From a virus (Duplodnaviria > Caudoviricetes), in IMG/VR virus record IMGVR_UViG_3300046678_000974, positions 1 through 64,000 of that record: a DNA stretch of 64,000 nucleotides; one strand, 5' to 3'. A program made the translations under genes and the position numbers. A model generated the notes under the pieces. It made no database searches and was not told where the DNA came from. It worked only from the letters and a program-made list of their open reading frames with translations. Positions 18,273-28,800 of this stretch are shown piece by piece; within the stretch, counting starts at the first letter, position 1, and each line of letters begins with the position of its first letter.

Positions 18273-20311
18273 GTCAGCATCAACTCTTCCACTCGTAGAT
18301 CAACGAGTTCATCATCGTCTATGGGATTTATCGTCTCAAAGCCGACAGCTTGATCACTGAACCGCAGTCCTACTACCAATGGCTCATCACGCATCGCGAC
18401 AATAATATCTGGTCCTCTCCATCGGGTGGTGACTGCCATAGCTGCGACAAGATTGATAGTGAATGTCGCCTGCATCGTCGTATTGGCGATCATCGTCACC
18501 ATCGCGATCGACGGCAGCGTCAATGTGATATCGAGCGACTGCTGAATACCCAGCCCCGCAGAGAACTCAAACGGCGGTAATGTCAGGGTGATCGATAGCG
18601 GATTGGTAAGAGTGACATCAATCGTCCCAGTCTCAGCAACACTATCAACCGCTACAAGATTAATGGTTTTGGCCGAGGTTGCGGTTAGCTGATTTGCTGA
18701 TCCGGCACTGGTAGTTGCAGGGATGGTTAGATCGAGTTGCTTCCCAACCGTGTTGGCTATACCACTGGTATTGGTTCCGGTAAGCGGTGGAGTAACAGCA
18801 CCGATGAGATTGCCCAACGCAAGCGAACTGCTGGATGCTGGAATAGCGAAACTGAGATCAAAGCTGAAGGCACCGATATTTGCTGCGCTACTGACACTGG
18901 AGAGCGAGACAAATTGCCCACTGACAACAGAGAGAGTGCCTACAGCACCGGTGCTTGAAACGCCGGTAATCGATTGATCATGATCAATCTCAAAGGTAAA
19001 TGTTCCGATTGCCCCAGATGCATTCACGCCGGTTAGCGCAAGCTGTGCTTCGATCGATGCGGTGGCTGCAACACCTGTTCCAGTCGCACTGGCGGGCTGG
19101 ATAAGGATGGCTGTGGTAACACTGCCGATATTGCTACTGGTTGTGGTACCAGCAATGTCATGATCAATCTCGATTACGAGTGATCCAACGACTCCTGCAC
19201 TTGTGACTGAATCGGCAACCACATTGGTGGTCGAGGAGGTATTGACTGCGAGCGTACCAAGTACACCGGGACTGGCAACGGCTGGAATTGCAATCGAAGA
19301 TGAGGCACTGATCGTCGGTGTACCGACACCACCGGTGCCAACAACTCCTACAATATCATGATCAACTTCGACTGAAGTGGTGCCGATGCCACTTGTGCTG
19401 GCGGTACTGGGAATAGCCAGATCGATTTCAATCGATGGCGTTCCGGCATTGCCTGTACCAGCATTACCAGTAACTCCATAGTCGATCTCTACTACGACTG
19501 TGCCAATGACACCATTACTGGAAACACCAATAACCGATCCGGTATCATCGACCTCGATGGTCGGGGTTCCAACAGCGCCAGTACCGGCAGTACCAGTGGC
19601 AGAACGATCGATCTCGATTATGACTGTACCAATGGCACCACTACTAGAGACGCCGATTGGTGAAGCAGTATCATCGACCTCGATAGTTGGCGTACCTACG
19701 CCGCCGGTTCCTGTAACCCCTGTGACGCCATGATCAACTTCGACTATGACTGTACCAATGGCGCCGCTACTAGAGACGCCGGTTGGTGAAGCAGTATCAT
19801 CGACCTCGATGGTCGGGGTTCCAACAGCGCCATTACCGGCAGCGCCAGTGACAGAACGATCTATTTCAATAACCGGTGAGCCGGTACCACTGATTCCAGT
19901 GACACCGGTAACGCTATGGTCTATTTCGGTATGAGTTGTGCCTACACCACCGGTGCCCGCAACTCCTGTAGCACCACGGTCGATCTCGATAACAGGTGTA
20001 CCAGTCCCACCGGAACCTGCGACACCGGTTACAGAATGATCGATTTTAGTCGATGGTGATCCTACGCCACTACTACCAGCGACGCCAGTAACGCCATGAT
20101 CGATTTCAGTATGGGGGGTGCCAACGCCGCTGGTGCCAAATACACCGCTTGGAAGAGAAGTGATCTGTGCAATTGTTGAACCAACGCCACTGGTACCAAC
20201 AACGCCAGTAGGCGAACCACTACCATCAAACCCTGCGGGTGCGTATGATTTGTATTTCTTTTGAGGGCGACGCCACAGGCGGCGGAAGACCCCCGTGCTG
20301 GATGTCGCCAT
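18269..20311 (-). CDS. repetitive fibrous virion protein (20-22 aa Gly/Thr/Val repeats)
   Basis: Units such as EIDHGVTGVAGSSGVGSPST; 126-nt DNA periodicity at 19544/19670/19796. Confidence 0.8.
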   Translation of the reverse strand: MATSSTGVFRRLWRRPQKKYKSYAPAGFDGSGSPTGVVGTSGVGSTIAQITSLPSGVFGTSGVGTPHTEIDHGVTGVAGSSGVGSPSTKIDHSVTGVAGSGGTGTPVIEIDRGATGVAGTGGVGTTHTEIDHSVTGVTGISGTGSPVIEIDRSVTGAAGNGAVGTPTIEVDDTASPTGVSSSGAIGTVIVEVDHGVTGVTGTGGVGTPTIEVDDTASPIGVSSSGAIGTVIIEIDRSATGTAGTGAVGTPTIEVDDTGSVIGVSSNGVIGTVVVEIDYGVTGNAGTGNAGTPSIEIDLAIPSTASTSGIGTTSVEVDHDIVGVVGTGGVGTPTISASSSIAIPAVASPGVLGTLAVNTSSTTNVVADSVTSAGVVGSLVIEIDHDIAGTTTSSNIGSVTTAILIQPASATGTGVAATASIEAQLALTGVNASGAIGTFTFEIDHDQSITGVSSTGAVGTLSVVSGQFVSLSSVSSAANIGAFSFDLSFAIPASSSSLALGNLIGAVTPPLTGTNTSGIANTVGKQLDLTIPATTSAGSANQLTATSAKTINLVAVDSVAETGTIDVTLTNPLSITLTLPPFEFSAGLGIQQSLDITLTLPSIAMVTMIANTTMQATFTINLVAAMAVTTRWRGPDIIVAMRDEPLVVGLRFSDQAVGFETINPIDDDELVDLRVEELMLT

Positions 20312-20326
20312 TTGTTACACCTTAGT

Positions 20327-20800
20327 TTACGTGTTTTCCGAGAAAACCAAATAGCCATCCATGGTTGTTGCGCTACCGGGTGCGGTTTCCAAGCCGACGA
20401 TCAATCCTTCAGAGACAGCAAAACTAGGTCTCCATTCAGGTGCTGGCACGAACAATAGTCCATTAAGGACATTCCAACCCCAAGAGAATAGGGTGACATT
20501 GGTACCATTGGTGGTGGCTCGCGCGGTATTATTCAGTCCTACGGTTGCCATACTACAAGTGCTATCGGTTGATGTCAGAGCAACAGGCGTTTGGTTGACC
20601 GAACCGCCTGATCCGAGGGTGACGGTGGCACCAAATCGCTTGATGATGACACGTAGCTCAGCCGGTGCGGTTGAACTCTCTGAATTGAGTTCGAATTGGT
20701 GCAACGTGATGCCGATCGAGGTGCCGATTTTGAACGCGAACAGGTCTTGTGCGGCAGAGACAGACACATTGTTGAATTGGATACTATAGTACCGGGCCAT
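20327..20800 (-). CDS. putative virion structural protein
   Basis: Start MARYY after AAGGA and TAAATA (20818-20823); beta-rich. Confidence 0.65.
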   Translation of the reverse strand: MARYYSIQFNNVSVSAAQDLFAFKIGTSIGITLHQFELNSESSTAPAELRVIIKRFGATVTLGSGGSVNQTPVALTSTDSTCSMATVGLNNTARATTNGTNVTLFSWGWNVLNGLLFVPAPEWRPSFAVSEGLIVGLETAPGSATTMDGYLVFSENT

Positions 20801-20820
20801 GGATGATTCCTTCGTGATAT

Positions 20821-22098
20821 TTACCGGAGCAACATGGGGCGTTGTTTCCATGGCTTGAGTATTGGGCCATATGATACGCTGGTATACGTGATTCGCACCT
20901 GACCCCTTCCGCCTGCCGAACCGTTATTAGTAGTTGTTGCTGCACCTCCGCCACCTCCTGGTGCACCTGCGGCACCCGGACTGACCGCTGCGGTTGCTCC
21001 ACCCCCACCTTCGACATTGGATACACCAGCCGCACCGCCAGAACCGGCATCGCCAGTCCCACCAGTACCGGTTGTGGCAGTTGTACCGGCCCCATCCTTA
21101 CCTGCCGCACCGCCACCACCACCTCCAGCGGTACGGGTCGCTCCTCCACCACCAGCATTCTTGGCGACATTACCGATGGATGTCGCAGTTGCTCCACCAA
21201 CGCCTCCGGTAACTCCCGATGTCGCGCCTCCGCCTCTTGCCAAAACGTAACAAGCACTCGACTTCCAGAAGCTAGCACTACCGGCAGCTTCAAATTGAGT
21301 ACCGGCGATGCGGAAAGTAATGTCTATTGCCGCGCCATTCGTCACAGCAAATCCCATGCTTATGTTGACATTGGCATTTGTGGTTGTTGCGCCGGTGCAT
21401 GAGGGTGTGCGAGTAAGTGTTGTGGTCCAAGTAAAATTGGCAAATCCAATACCAGCGAAACTAACACCATCAATGAACTGAAGAAATGGAGTAGCAATAT
21501 TAGTCAAGCCTGTGCCAACATTGTCTCGATAGCAAGTGTAAAAGCTCTCGAAATAAGTTGTTGACGTCGCTATACCGCTGGTAAGACCGATTGCAAAGAA
21601 TAGATTAACGTTACCGCTGGCTCCCGGTGTTCCGTTAACACGGAGATCGACATAGGGGAACCCGCTATTCAAATCAGTACCAAATCCAACGACTGATGTA
21701 GTCAATCCAGCAGGATTACCGCTATATGACCAACCAGTCGGTAGGGTACCAGGAGTACCGACAACTGCACCGGTGTTGATTGAGTTTGGAAAGAGATTGA
21801 TATTATTGGTACTGAAGCTAGTATCGGTACCAGCCGTGCTATTCGCCGCACCTGTACCAGCCGATCCAGTATTCTGAGTGAAACTTATTCCGCTTGCGAC
21901 ATCATGGGGCGTGACCGTGTACAAACTCTTGGCCCATGCCCCACCCGCACCTCCGGCCCGGAATGATGTGCTCGATCCACTACCGCCCGATCCGGCTCCC
22001 CAACATTCCACAGTCAAAACAGTACCGACTGGGGCATCTGATGGAACTGTCCAAGTCTGTGGCGAACCGGATGTTGTTGTGAGTGTGACGACTGGCAT
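20821..22098 (-). CDS. glycine-rich virion protein with inserted lectin-like domain
   Basis: VECWGAGSGG...GGAGGAW and GGGGGAA..GSAGGRGQVRITY glycine-rich motifs flank a beta-sandwich insert. TAAATA lies 5 nt before the ATG. Confidence 0.75.
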   Translation of the reverse strand: MPVVTLTTTSGSPQTWTVPSDAPVGTVLTVECWGAGSGGSGSSTSFRAGGAGGAWAKSLYTVTPHDVASGISFTQNTGSAGTGAANSTAGTDTSFSTNNINLFPNSINTGAVVGTPGTLPTGWSYSGNPAGLTTSVVGFGTDLNSGFPYVDLRVNGTPGASGNVNLFFAIGLTSGIATSTTYFESFYTCYRDNVGTGLTNIATPFLQFIDGVSFAGIGFANFTWTTTLTRTPSCTGATTTNANVNISMGFAVTNGAAIDITFRIAGTQFEAAGSASFWKSSACYVLARGGGATSGVTGGVGGATATSIGNVAKNAGGGGATRTAGGGGGGAAGKDGAGTTATTGTGGTGDAGSGGAAGVSNVEGGGGATAAVSPGAAGAPGGGGGAATTTNNGSAGGRGQVRITYTSVSYGPILKPWKQRPMLLR

Positions 22099-22103
22099 GC
22101 TGA

Positions 22104-22125
22104 TATTTACCCCTGAAGGTAAATA
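22104..22125. promoter_or_regulatory. back-to-back TAAATA boxes
   Basis: TATTTA at 22104-22109 (minus) and TAAATA at 22120-22125 (plus) between divergent genes. Confidence 0.6.
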
Positions 22126-22146
22126 TGATCATGAGCAGGGGTGAAT

Positions 22147-22581
22147 ATGGCTATGAAGATAAGCAAAAACGGCATCAATTTTATTCAAACCTTCGAGGGT
22201 GTTCGATATGAAGCCTATCAGGATTCAATTGGCGTTTGGACTATAGGCTATGGCCATACGGCTGATGTCTATGAGGGTATGAGCATTACTCCCGAACAAG
22301 CCACACAATATCTGGCTGATGATCTCTGCAAGTTTGAAGGCTATGTTGATAGCTATGTCACGGTACCATTGACACAGAACCAGTTTGATGCACTCGTCTC
22401 GTTTTGCTATAATCTTGGCGGAGGCAACTTACACAAATCTGATGTATTGTCGTTGCTGAACTCTGGTCAATATGATCAAGCGGCAGATGCCATTTTGGAA
22501 TGGGATCACGCTGGTGGTAGGGAACTGCCCGGACTTACTCGGCGTCGCAGAGCCGAACGCGATCTCTTTTTAGCGCAATAG
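22147..22581 (+). CDS. endolysin, GH24 lysozyme
   Basis: FEGVRYEAYQDSIGVWTIGYGHT catalytic E/D/T, QNQFDALVSFCYNLG, GLTRRRRAERDLF. Confidence 0.95.
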   Translation: MAMKISKNGINFIQTFEGVRYEAYQDSIGVWTIGYGHTADVYEGMSITPEQATQYLADDLCKFEGYVDSYVTVPLTQNQFDALVSFCYNLGGGNLHKSDVLSLLNSGQYDQAADAILEWDHAGGRELPGLTRRRRAERDLFLAQ

Positions 22582-22598
22582 TAGTAACACCAGCCCAA

Positions 22599-24191
22599 TT
22601 ATGGGACTGGTGTTAGGGCTACCCAATTCGTACCATCGAACTGATACCATAGATCAACTGCTGTGGTATTAGTGTTCAATGTACCGGCGCCAGCACCGCC
22701 ATTGACAATAGTCAATGTGCCAGCCAATCCAGCATTGCCTGAGCGGCGAATATGCACTGTACTGCCGGTACGTGGTAATTGTGTGCTGGCTGTGACACTT
22801 ATGCGAGCGCCCAAAGTTAAAGTGAATGAGGTGATACTCGATGGCACAACGATGGTCGCATGTTCGTGTTGGCTCCAATGCGTGTAGGTTGCTGACACAT
22901 TAAGCTTAGCGCGTTCACATACTGAATTGGCTGCACCATGCACGAATCGGTTGAACATCTCCGGCGTGGCATTACTTGCCATCGGCATATGATCGTCCAA
23001 GAATATATGCCCTTGGATATTGCCACCCGGATTATCAAACGAAATGAACTTGTTGACCTCGAAGTTTGGCACATAGTCCGGTGATGCGGCACCAATCAAT
23101 CCCAATAGACCAAAGTTTGAGGTAATTTCACCGGTCGCTGCTAAACATGTGATGTTCAAATTGTTAATGATTACTGTTGATGAGCCGCCTTGATAATCGC
23201 CGTAGAGATATGGCGTGCCGGTTAATGCTGCGGACAGAATGATCGGATCGACAATCTTAAAGCCGTTAATGGTAAAAGCTGATGCTGCTCCTGAAAAGAA
23301 CGAAGCCTGTGAGCCAGTCAGTTTTATTTGTTCCATATGCAAAGCATTAATCGTAACGGCTCGGGCGCCAGCACCACCAAATAAAATTGCTACGTTACAT
23401 GCACCATTAGCGAGTGTAAGTCCATCGAAGAATAACTCACCAACCGTACCTGGAAAGTTAATGAAGTTAGCAATGGCGGGATTACCAGAACTACCGCCTT
23501 GTATAACTAGATTTTGAAATTGGCTGGGCGGAATAGCGGCGGCTTCTTGAGGATTGAAGTTCAATCCAATATTCTGAAATCCAATAGCACTGATGTCATG
23601 GAATCTGTTGCCTGATATATTGGTCGCAGCAACATCGACAGCATTATATGCTGGATTGGTTGCCATTGGCATATGAATATCACCAACTATGCTATTCACC
23701 AAATAACCAATATTCAATGCCTTGGCAGAGGTGAATCCTGTCTGTGCTGCACCATACGAAAGATTTAACCCCTCGATCTTCACGCCACTGCTTGCTGTCG
23801 CACCGGTGGTATCACCAATAGTAAGAATGGGACAAGAGGGAGTCGTAGCGTAAAACTGTATAATCTGCGATCCATAGCGCGAGCCAATTAGGGTCAATCC
23901 ATAATTACCAACACCTTGTGCTGGAATACTCAGACCAGTTGAGGAATTGATCTCATAGACGCCCGGTTCAATAACAAAGAACTTACCATGAGATGCAGCA
24001 TAGGTGATGGCATTTTGTAAGGCTGTCGCATTAGTTTGTCGGACACCGGTTGTTTGACCTGCACCCATAACCAACCCAGAAGCTAGATGGGCAAACACCG
24101 AACCGCGAATAATTGCTGGGGCGCCAAGTCCCGAAGCGTTGAGAACATCATCTTGGCCACCACCGGGAACTTGTTGATAGTTGAATGTCAT
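22599..24191 (-). CDS. tailspike-like right-handed beta-helix protein
   Basis: TNATALQNAITYA...IEPGVYEI pectate-lyase-3-type start; C-terminal beta-sandwich ending YQFDGTNWV. Confidence 0.7.
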   Translation of the reverse strand: MTFNYQQVPGGGQDDVLNASGLGAPAIIRGSVFAHLASGLVMGAGQTTGVRQTNATALQNAITYAASHGKFFVIEPGVYEINSSTGLSIPAQGVGNYGLTLIGSRYGSQIIQFYATTPSCPILTIGDTTGATASSGVKIEGLNLSYGAAQTGFTSAKALNIGYLVNSIVGDIHMPMATNPAYNAVDVAATNISGNRFHDISAIGFQNIGLNFNPQEAAAIPPSQFQNLVIQGGSSGNPAIANFINFPGTVGELFFDGLTLANGACNVAILFGGAGARAVTINALHMEQIKLTGSQASFFSGAASAFTINGFKIVDPIILSAALTGTPYLYGDYQGGSSTVIINNLNITCLAATGEITSNFGLLGLIGAASPDYVPNFEVNKFISFDNPGGNIQGHIFLDDHMPMASNATPEMFNRFVHGAANSVCERAKLNVSATYTHWSQHEHATIVVPSSITSFTLTLGARISVTASTQLPRTGSTVHIRRSGNAGLAGTLTIVNGGAGAGTLNTNTTAVDLWYQFDGTNWVALTPVP

Positions 24192-24201
24192 ATATTTTCC
24201 C

Positions 24202-25332
24202 TTAGACCAAGTTGCTGGAAGCTACAGCCGTTAGACTTGGATTGAGTCCAGTGACAGAGGCGTTGATTGCAGTCGAACCGCTATGACCACGCCAACTATT
24301 GCCGAACATAATGACTGATGTATTGGCTCCTCCACCAACGGCATTCACTGGAGTGGTACCGGTTGTCGCGCCAAACTTGGTTGAATTGCCAATCACTGCG
24401 GTATCCGTATTGCCACTAAGGAAGAGATGATTGCCTGACATGGTTACTTGATCGGCAAAGTTGCGGATCGTATTACCGCAAATCACACCATTGCGATTGT
24501 TTGTCCAACGAATATTGCTGGCTCCATTGGAGTCAATGATATTATTCGAGATTACATTATCTTCGGTCGAATCGGCCACCACACCATTGCCACCATTGAA
24601 CTCGATCTTGTTGTGGGTAATGATGTTATCTTGAGCACCACTATCCAACTGGATACCATGCGAGCTATTACCGTTGATGAAGCAGTTCTGAATGCGACTG
24701 TCACCTACGTTCCAAACTCCGAGGGTATTCGCAGCAAATACACAGCCTTCGATTACGGCAGTTGGAAATCCACCGGAGGCGAAAGTATTTCCCTCGATAC
24801 CGGCATTGCATTGGGTGAAGACACAATCACGAAAATAGAACGGGATACCAAGTGCAAGTGTCACACCATGATGGGTGCTATCACCGATGATTGCCATGTC
24901 CACCATCGCGGTGCCACGGTTATCATTACCTGTACCTGATGTGGATGTTGCGACAGCACTACTTGATCCACTGGTCTTCTTCAATACTGAACCTAACAAA
25001 GTGGACAGAGTGCCAAATGGATAACTGTTGGTGGGTGTGGCGCCGCGTAGGGTGACACCGACTGGGATGGTAATGGTTGAGATGACACTGACACCAACTG
25101 GCGCGATTACAATGTACTTCTGAGTACCAACTGCGGCATTGAAGGCATTCGTCCAAGCAGCCGTATCATCCGAGCTACCATTGGCTTGTACGCCAAAGTC
25201 AGCGGCCCAGATAACATCTCCGAAGTGCGATCGAAGACTGCGGGCGACCGCACCGGTGGCCGTTTGAACCACAGTGGCAGTCGAAAGATCGCCAGTGACC
25301 GGTTGGTTGTTGCTGTTATATAGATATGTCAT
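24202..25332 (-). CDS. tailspike/depolymerase, right-handed beta-helix
   Basis: VARSLRSHFGDVIWAADFGVQANGSSDDTAAWTNAFNAA followed by Asn-ladder repeats. Confidence 0.8.
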   Translation of the reverse strand: MTYLYNSNNQPVTGDLSTATVVQTATGAVARSLRSHFGDVIWAADFGVQANGSSDDTAAWTNAFNAAVGTQKYIVIAPVGVSVISTITIPVGVTLRGATPTNSYPFGTLSTLLGSVLKKTSGSSSAVATSTSGTGNDNRGTAMVDMAIIGDSTHHGVTLALGIPFYFRDCVFTQCNAGIEGNTFASGGFPTAVIEGCVFAANTLGVWNVGDSRIQNCFINGNSSHGIQLDSGAQDNIITHNKIEFNGGNGVVADSTEDNVISNNIIDSNGASNIRWTNNRNGVICGNTIRNFADQVTMSGNHLFLSGNTDTAVIGNSTKFGATTGTTPVNAVGGGANTSVIMFGNSWRGHSGSTAINASVTGLNPSLTAVASSNLV

Positions 25333-25347
25333 TTAGACCACATTTCA

Positions 25348-25860
25348 TCAGACTACGGACCAATTTGTACCGTTGTAAATTAGATCGACACTCGAAAAGG
25401 CAAGATTGAGTACGATACCAGTGGCGCCCAACACGTTATCAATATTCTGCGTGGCTTTCACGGTGATCGCATTTGTCGCTGCATCACCTTTGCCGTCTTT
25501 CACAGTGATAATTCTTCCAGTCGTGGGGGCGGCTGGCAGGGTTACTTGAGTGGCAGCACCACTCGTCTTATTAATGACCACATAGCGATCAGTTGCAGCG
25601 ACGGTATAGTTGCCAGCGGCGATGATCACAGCAATCTTACGGACTTCGGCAGACGAAGTGGTGATAACACCACCAACGCTCAGCGTATTTGATAGAGTGA
25701 TCGGACCAGTCAGCGTTTGCGCCGTGCTTTGATGGATCGACACTGCATCATCAAAGGCGTTGTTCAGTCCGAGAGGAACAGCGCCGCCAGTATTGGCGCC
25801 GCATTGAGTGCCGTCCACAAAGACGACAGAACCATTATAGGAATTGCTAAAAACCGACAT
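25348..25860 (-). CDS. small fibre/adaptor protein, paralog of 45806-46279
   Basis: Start MSVFSN after GAGG and TAAATA (25883-25888); YTV..TDRYV...PTTGRIITVKD...ID...IYNGTNW domain. Confidence 0.75.
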   Translation of the reverse strand: MSVFSNSYNGSVVFVDGTQCGANTGGAVPLGLNNAFDDAVSIHQSTAQTLTGPITLSNTLSVGGVITTSSAEVRKIAVIIAAGNYTVAATDRYVVINKTSGAATQVTLPAAPTTGRIITVKDGKGDAATNAITVKATQNIDNVLGATGIVLNLAFSSVDLIYNGTNWSVV

Positions 25861-25889
25861 CTCATATCCTCGGAGTATGGGATATTTAG

Positions 25890-28800
25890 CTAGCCCACTG
25901 AGGCTGTCCAACTCATGGTCATGCTGGTACTTGTGGTCGAACCAATCAATGGTGTCCCCGGTATCGTAGGCAATCCAACCGTAGGTACGGGTTGTGGTGC
26001 TGCGCCAACTGCATTTAAGACAACCACACTCATTGCTGGAATAGTGATCCCTGCGAGCAAAGCCGACGTAGATAAGGTGGTGGTAAAGCCAGTCGGGTGC
26101 GTCGAAGACAACTCCCAATATGTCCAAGCTGATGTCGATGAACCATTCATCGCCACCGAAACTGGATAAGCTGTAGAGACATCGTAATTGATGATCTGAC
26201 AGCAGGTACTGTTGGCGTTCACAGTCCCCAAGGTTACGATGTTCATCCCAGAAGAGGTTGTTGAACTGATAACATTTCCGGGTGCCAATGCTCCCAGTTT
26301 TTGATATACATATCCCGGTGGACGTAGGAAATATGGTCCTTGTCCAAACGTATTTGAATCTATCAGCCCATACCATTGATCATAGGCGATATCCCAACGA
26401 TTAGCCCATGCCAAGGTTCCTACTTTGCCGATAGTGGCATATCGAAATGCTGCATATACAGCCCCGGTCACATCAGCCTGATATGAACTGGCACCGGGCT
26501 GTCCGTCCATGTTGAACTCGGTGAGGAATATTGGTGCTGTTGAAGATATCGCTGTATTGACATTCTGACGAACATCTAAGAAGATATCAGTGAGTTCATC
26601 TGAGAAGCATTGTGCAACTGACTTGCTACCATTCTCCTCGGTATATCCATGTCCACTGATGAAGTCAGGATGACAGTTTTGAATGAATGTCGTTAATCTT
26701 TGATTATTGAAATACGAATCATCCAAGCCACCGCATTGATATGAGGGATCAACGGCTTTTATTCCAACCGCCATGGCGTTAAAAAGGCCGATACACGAAT
26801 TGATATCGGTACCATCGGCTTCGTTAGCAAATGTCCAATAATAAACTGGCACACCACCATTCTTGAAATGTTGTGCTATTTGCTGACAACGATCTTGATG
26901 AACTGCCCAGTCAGATGGTGAAGTGATGTTCAACCATGAACACCATCCCACTGTGATGATTAAGTTGGCGGTCGTTAACGTGGTGCCAATGGTAAAGCAC
27001 TTCTGCGCATTGTTGATAAAATTATCAATCCAACTCCAATCTGCTGCTGATGTGCGAGTGGGAAAAATCTGTGTGATGTGGAAGTTCTGATTCCAGTTAA
27101 GACGAATGGAACCAATGTTCATCGACTTGCAGATGGTTTGAAATGCCGGATCGACCATCAATCCATAATCACCACGTGTGATGTTCATATCATTACAGGC
27201 AACACCATAAAACTTTGGCGATATTGCCACACCGGTTAGTGATGTCAAATTGAAGGTGACGTTCGGTCCTGTCGGTGGTTGAACTGGCGGTCCCGGAACC
27301 AATCCCAAGGGGCTGACTGTTGTACCACTGGAGGGCTGCCACGCATCACTTGATACTGTTTTGAAGTACCATAGTACACCTTGCGGCAGATTTGCCGGAC
27401 CAGTGATTGGTCCTGAGAATGTTTGGGTCGATAGATTCCAAGTGAACCAATTCTGAGAAGGACCATCTTGGGCAAAGATTATGTTTTGATAGAGATCGAT
27501 TGCACTGGTATTGCCGCCACCATTGATAATGTTCCCATCCATTCGGAAGTTCTCTTGGACATCGATGGTATAGGTATGACCTCCAAATACAATGCTACCA
27601 TTATTCGGTGTCGCATAGGTAGAAGTACTCAAAATGGTCGCAGATGATTGCCGCCAAACTTGTCCATTCACATAGGCAAGCGATATTACAGTGTTACCAG
27701 CCGAAGCATCGACTGCGCCGTTTACACTAACACGCGAATTGGCCAATGTCCAACTGGACAAATCAGAACCAATAATTGACGTTAGTGGTGGCACCGTTGA
27801 ACCATTGGGCGATGCTGAAACGAATGGATTGGCAACAGATGCCCAAGGATCAGATACCAGCGTCTTGACAAACCAATTCCCTAATGAGTTCTCGATATAA
27901 ACACGGCTATTCAGATACACAACTTCGACAGCCGAAACATCTGGTACCCCATTGATCACAACACGATTGTTGCTCAATGTCCAAATGGTTAGATCGGAAC
28001 TAATGATCTGAGTTGCCGGAGGAATGATAGTTTCATCGGCTGATGGTGTTAATGAAGGCGGTCCCGGTGGCCCACCCGGAGGTGGTACTGGTACTTGGCT
28101 GATGCTATAGATTTGTGACAGATAGGCGGATTGTTCAGGATATAATGATCCACCACCCCATGCTGTAACTACGCCGAAGTCAGGTGATGAACCACGATGC
28201 GGTCCCCAATAACACCATGCCCATGAGATTGGCTGTTGTCCAGTGAGGAACCGAGGGCCACCACTAGCTTGGCCATTGACGTACTGCACGAATGTATTGC
28301 CCCAATTGGTAGCATCAGTGGTCAACATAGCATCGCCGCAGGCCATAACCATTACCGGTGCGATGTTATTAGATACCATGAAGCCCCACATCGTATTGGC
28401 GCGATTGATATAAACGGTACCAGCATCAATACCGGTACCAATCGGCGCAACCTCATTAGGGAATGACTGGACGCCATAGACAACTTTATTGGAGACAGTG
28501 AGGTTCACCGGCGTGGTCGAGGCCAATCGCAAGTCGCCTTCAAAGGAACCGGTCGCCACATTGAGGGGTGCTTCGCAGATGATCAATGGGTTACTGTCGA
28601 TTGCTTGGATGGCATTGCCCACACTGACGTACATGGCGTGCAGATCGGTTGGGGTGTTATCACCCCATGTCGCACCGAGATTGACGCCTTGGGCAGATAT
28701 GGGTGCCCAGCGTAGATCATAACCTAAGATTGCTGTGTTATTAGCATAGCGATTGGCTATCCGTGTCCAATGCTGCGCAAATATACTCGATGTGATTGTA

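Noticed and set aside
18269-20311. CRISPR-like array
   Set aside because: Repeats are in-frame coding units without unique spacers; no cas genes.
22582-22598. Holin/spanin next to the endolysin
   Set aside because: Only 17 nt separate the endolysin from the convergent gene; no transmembrane or lipoprotein ORF nearby.
25861-26376. N-terminal extension of the 342-aa ORF
   Set aside because: Overlaps the giant gene in another frame; an RBS and TAAATA box support the start at 25860.
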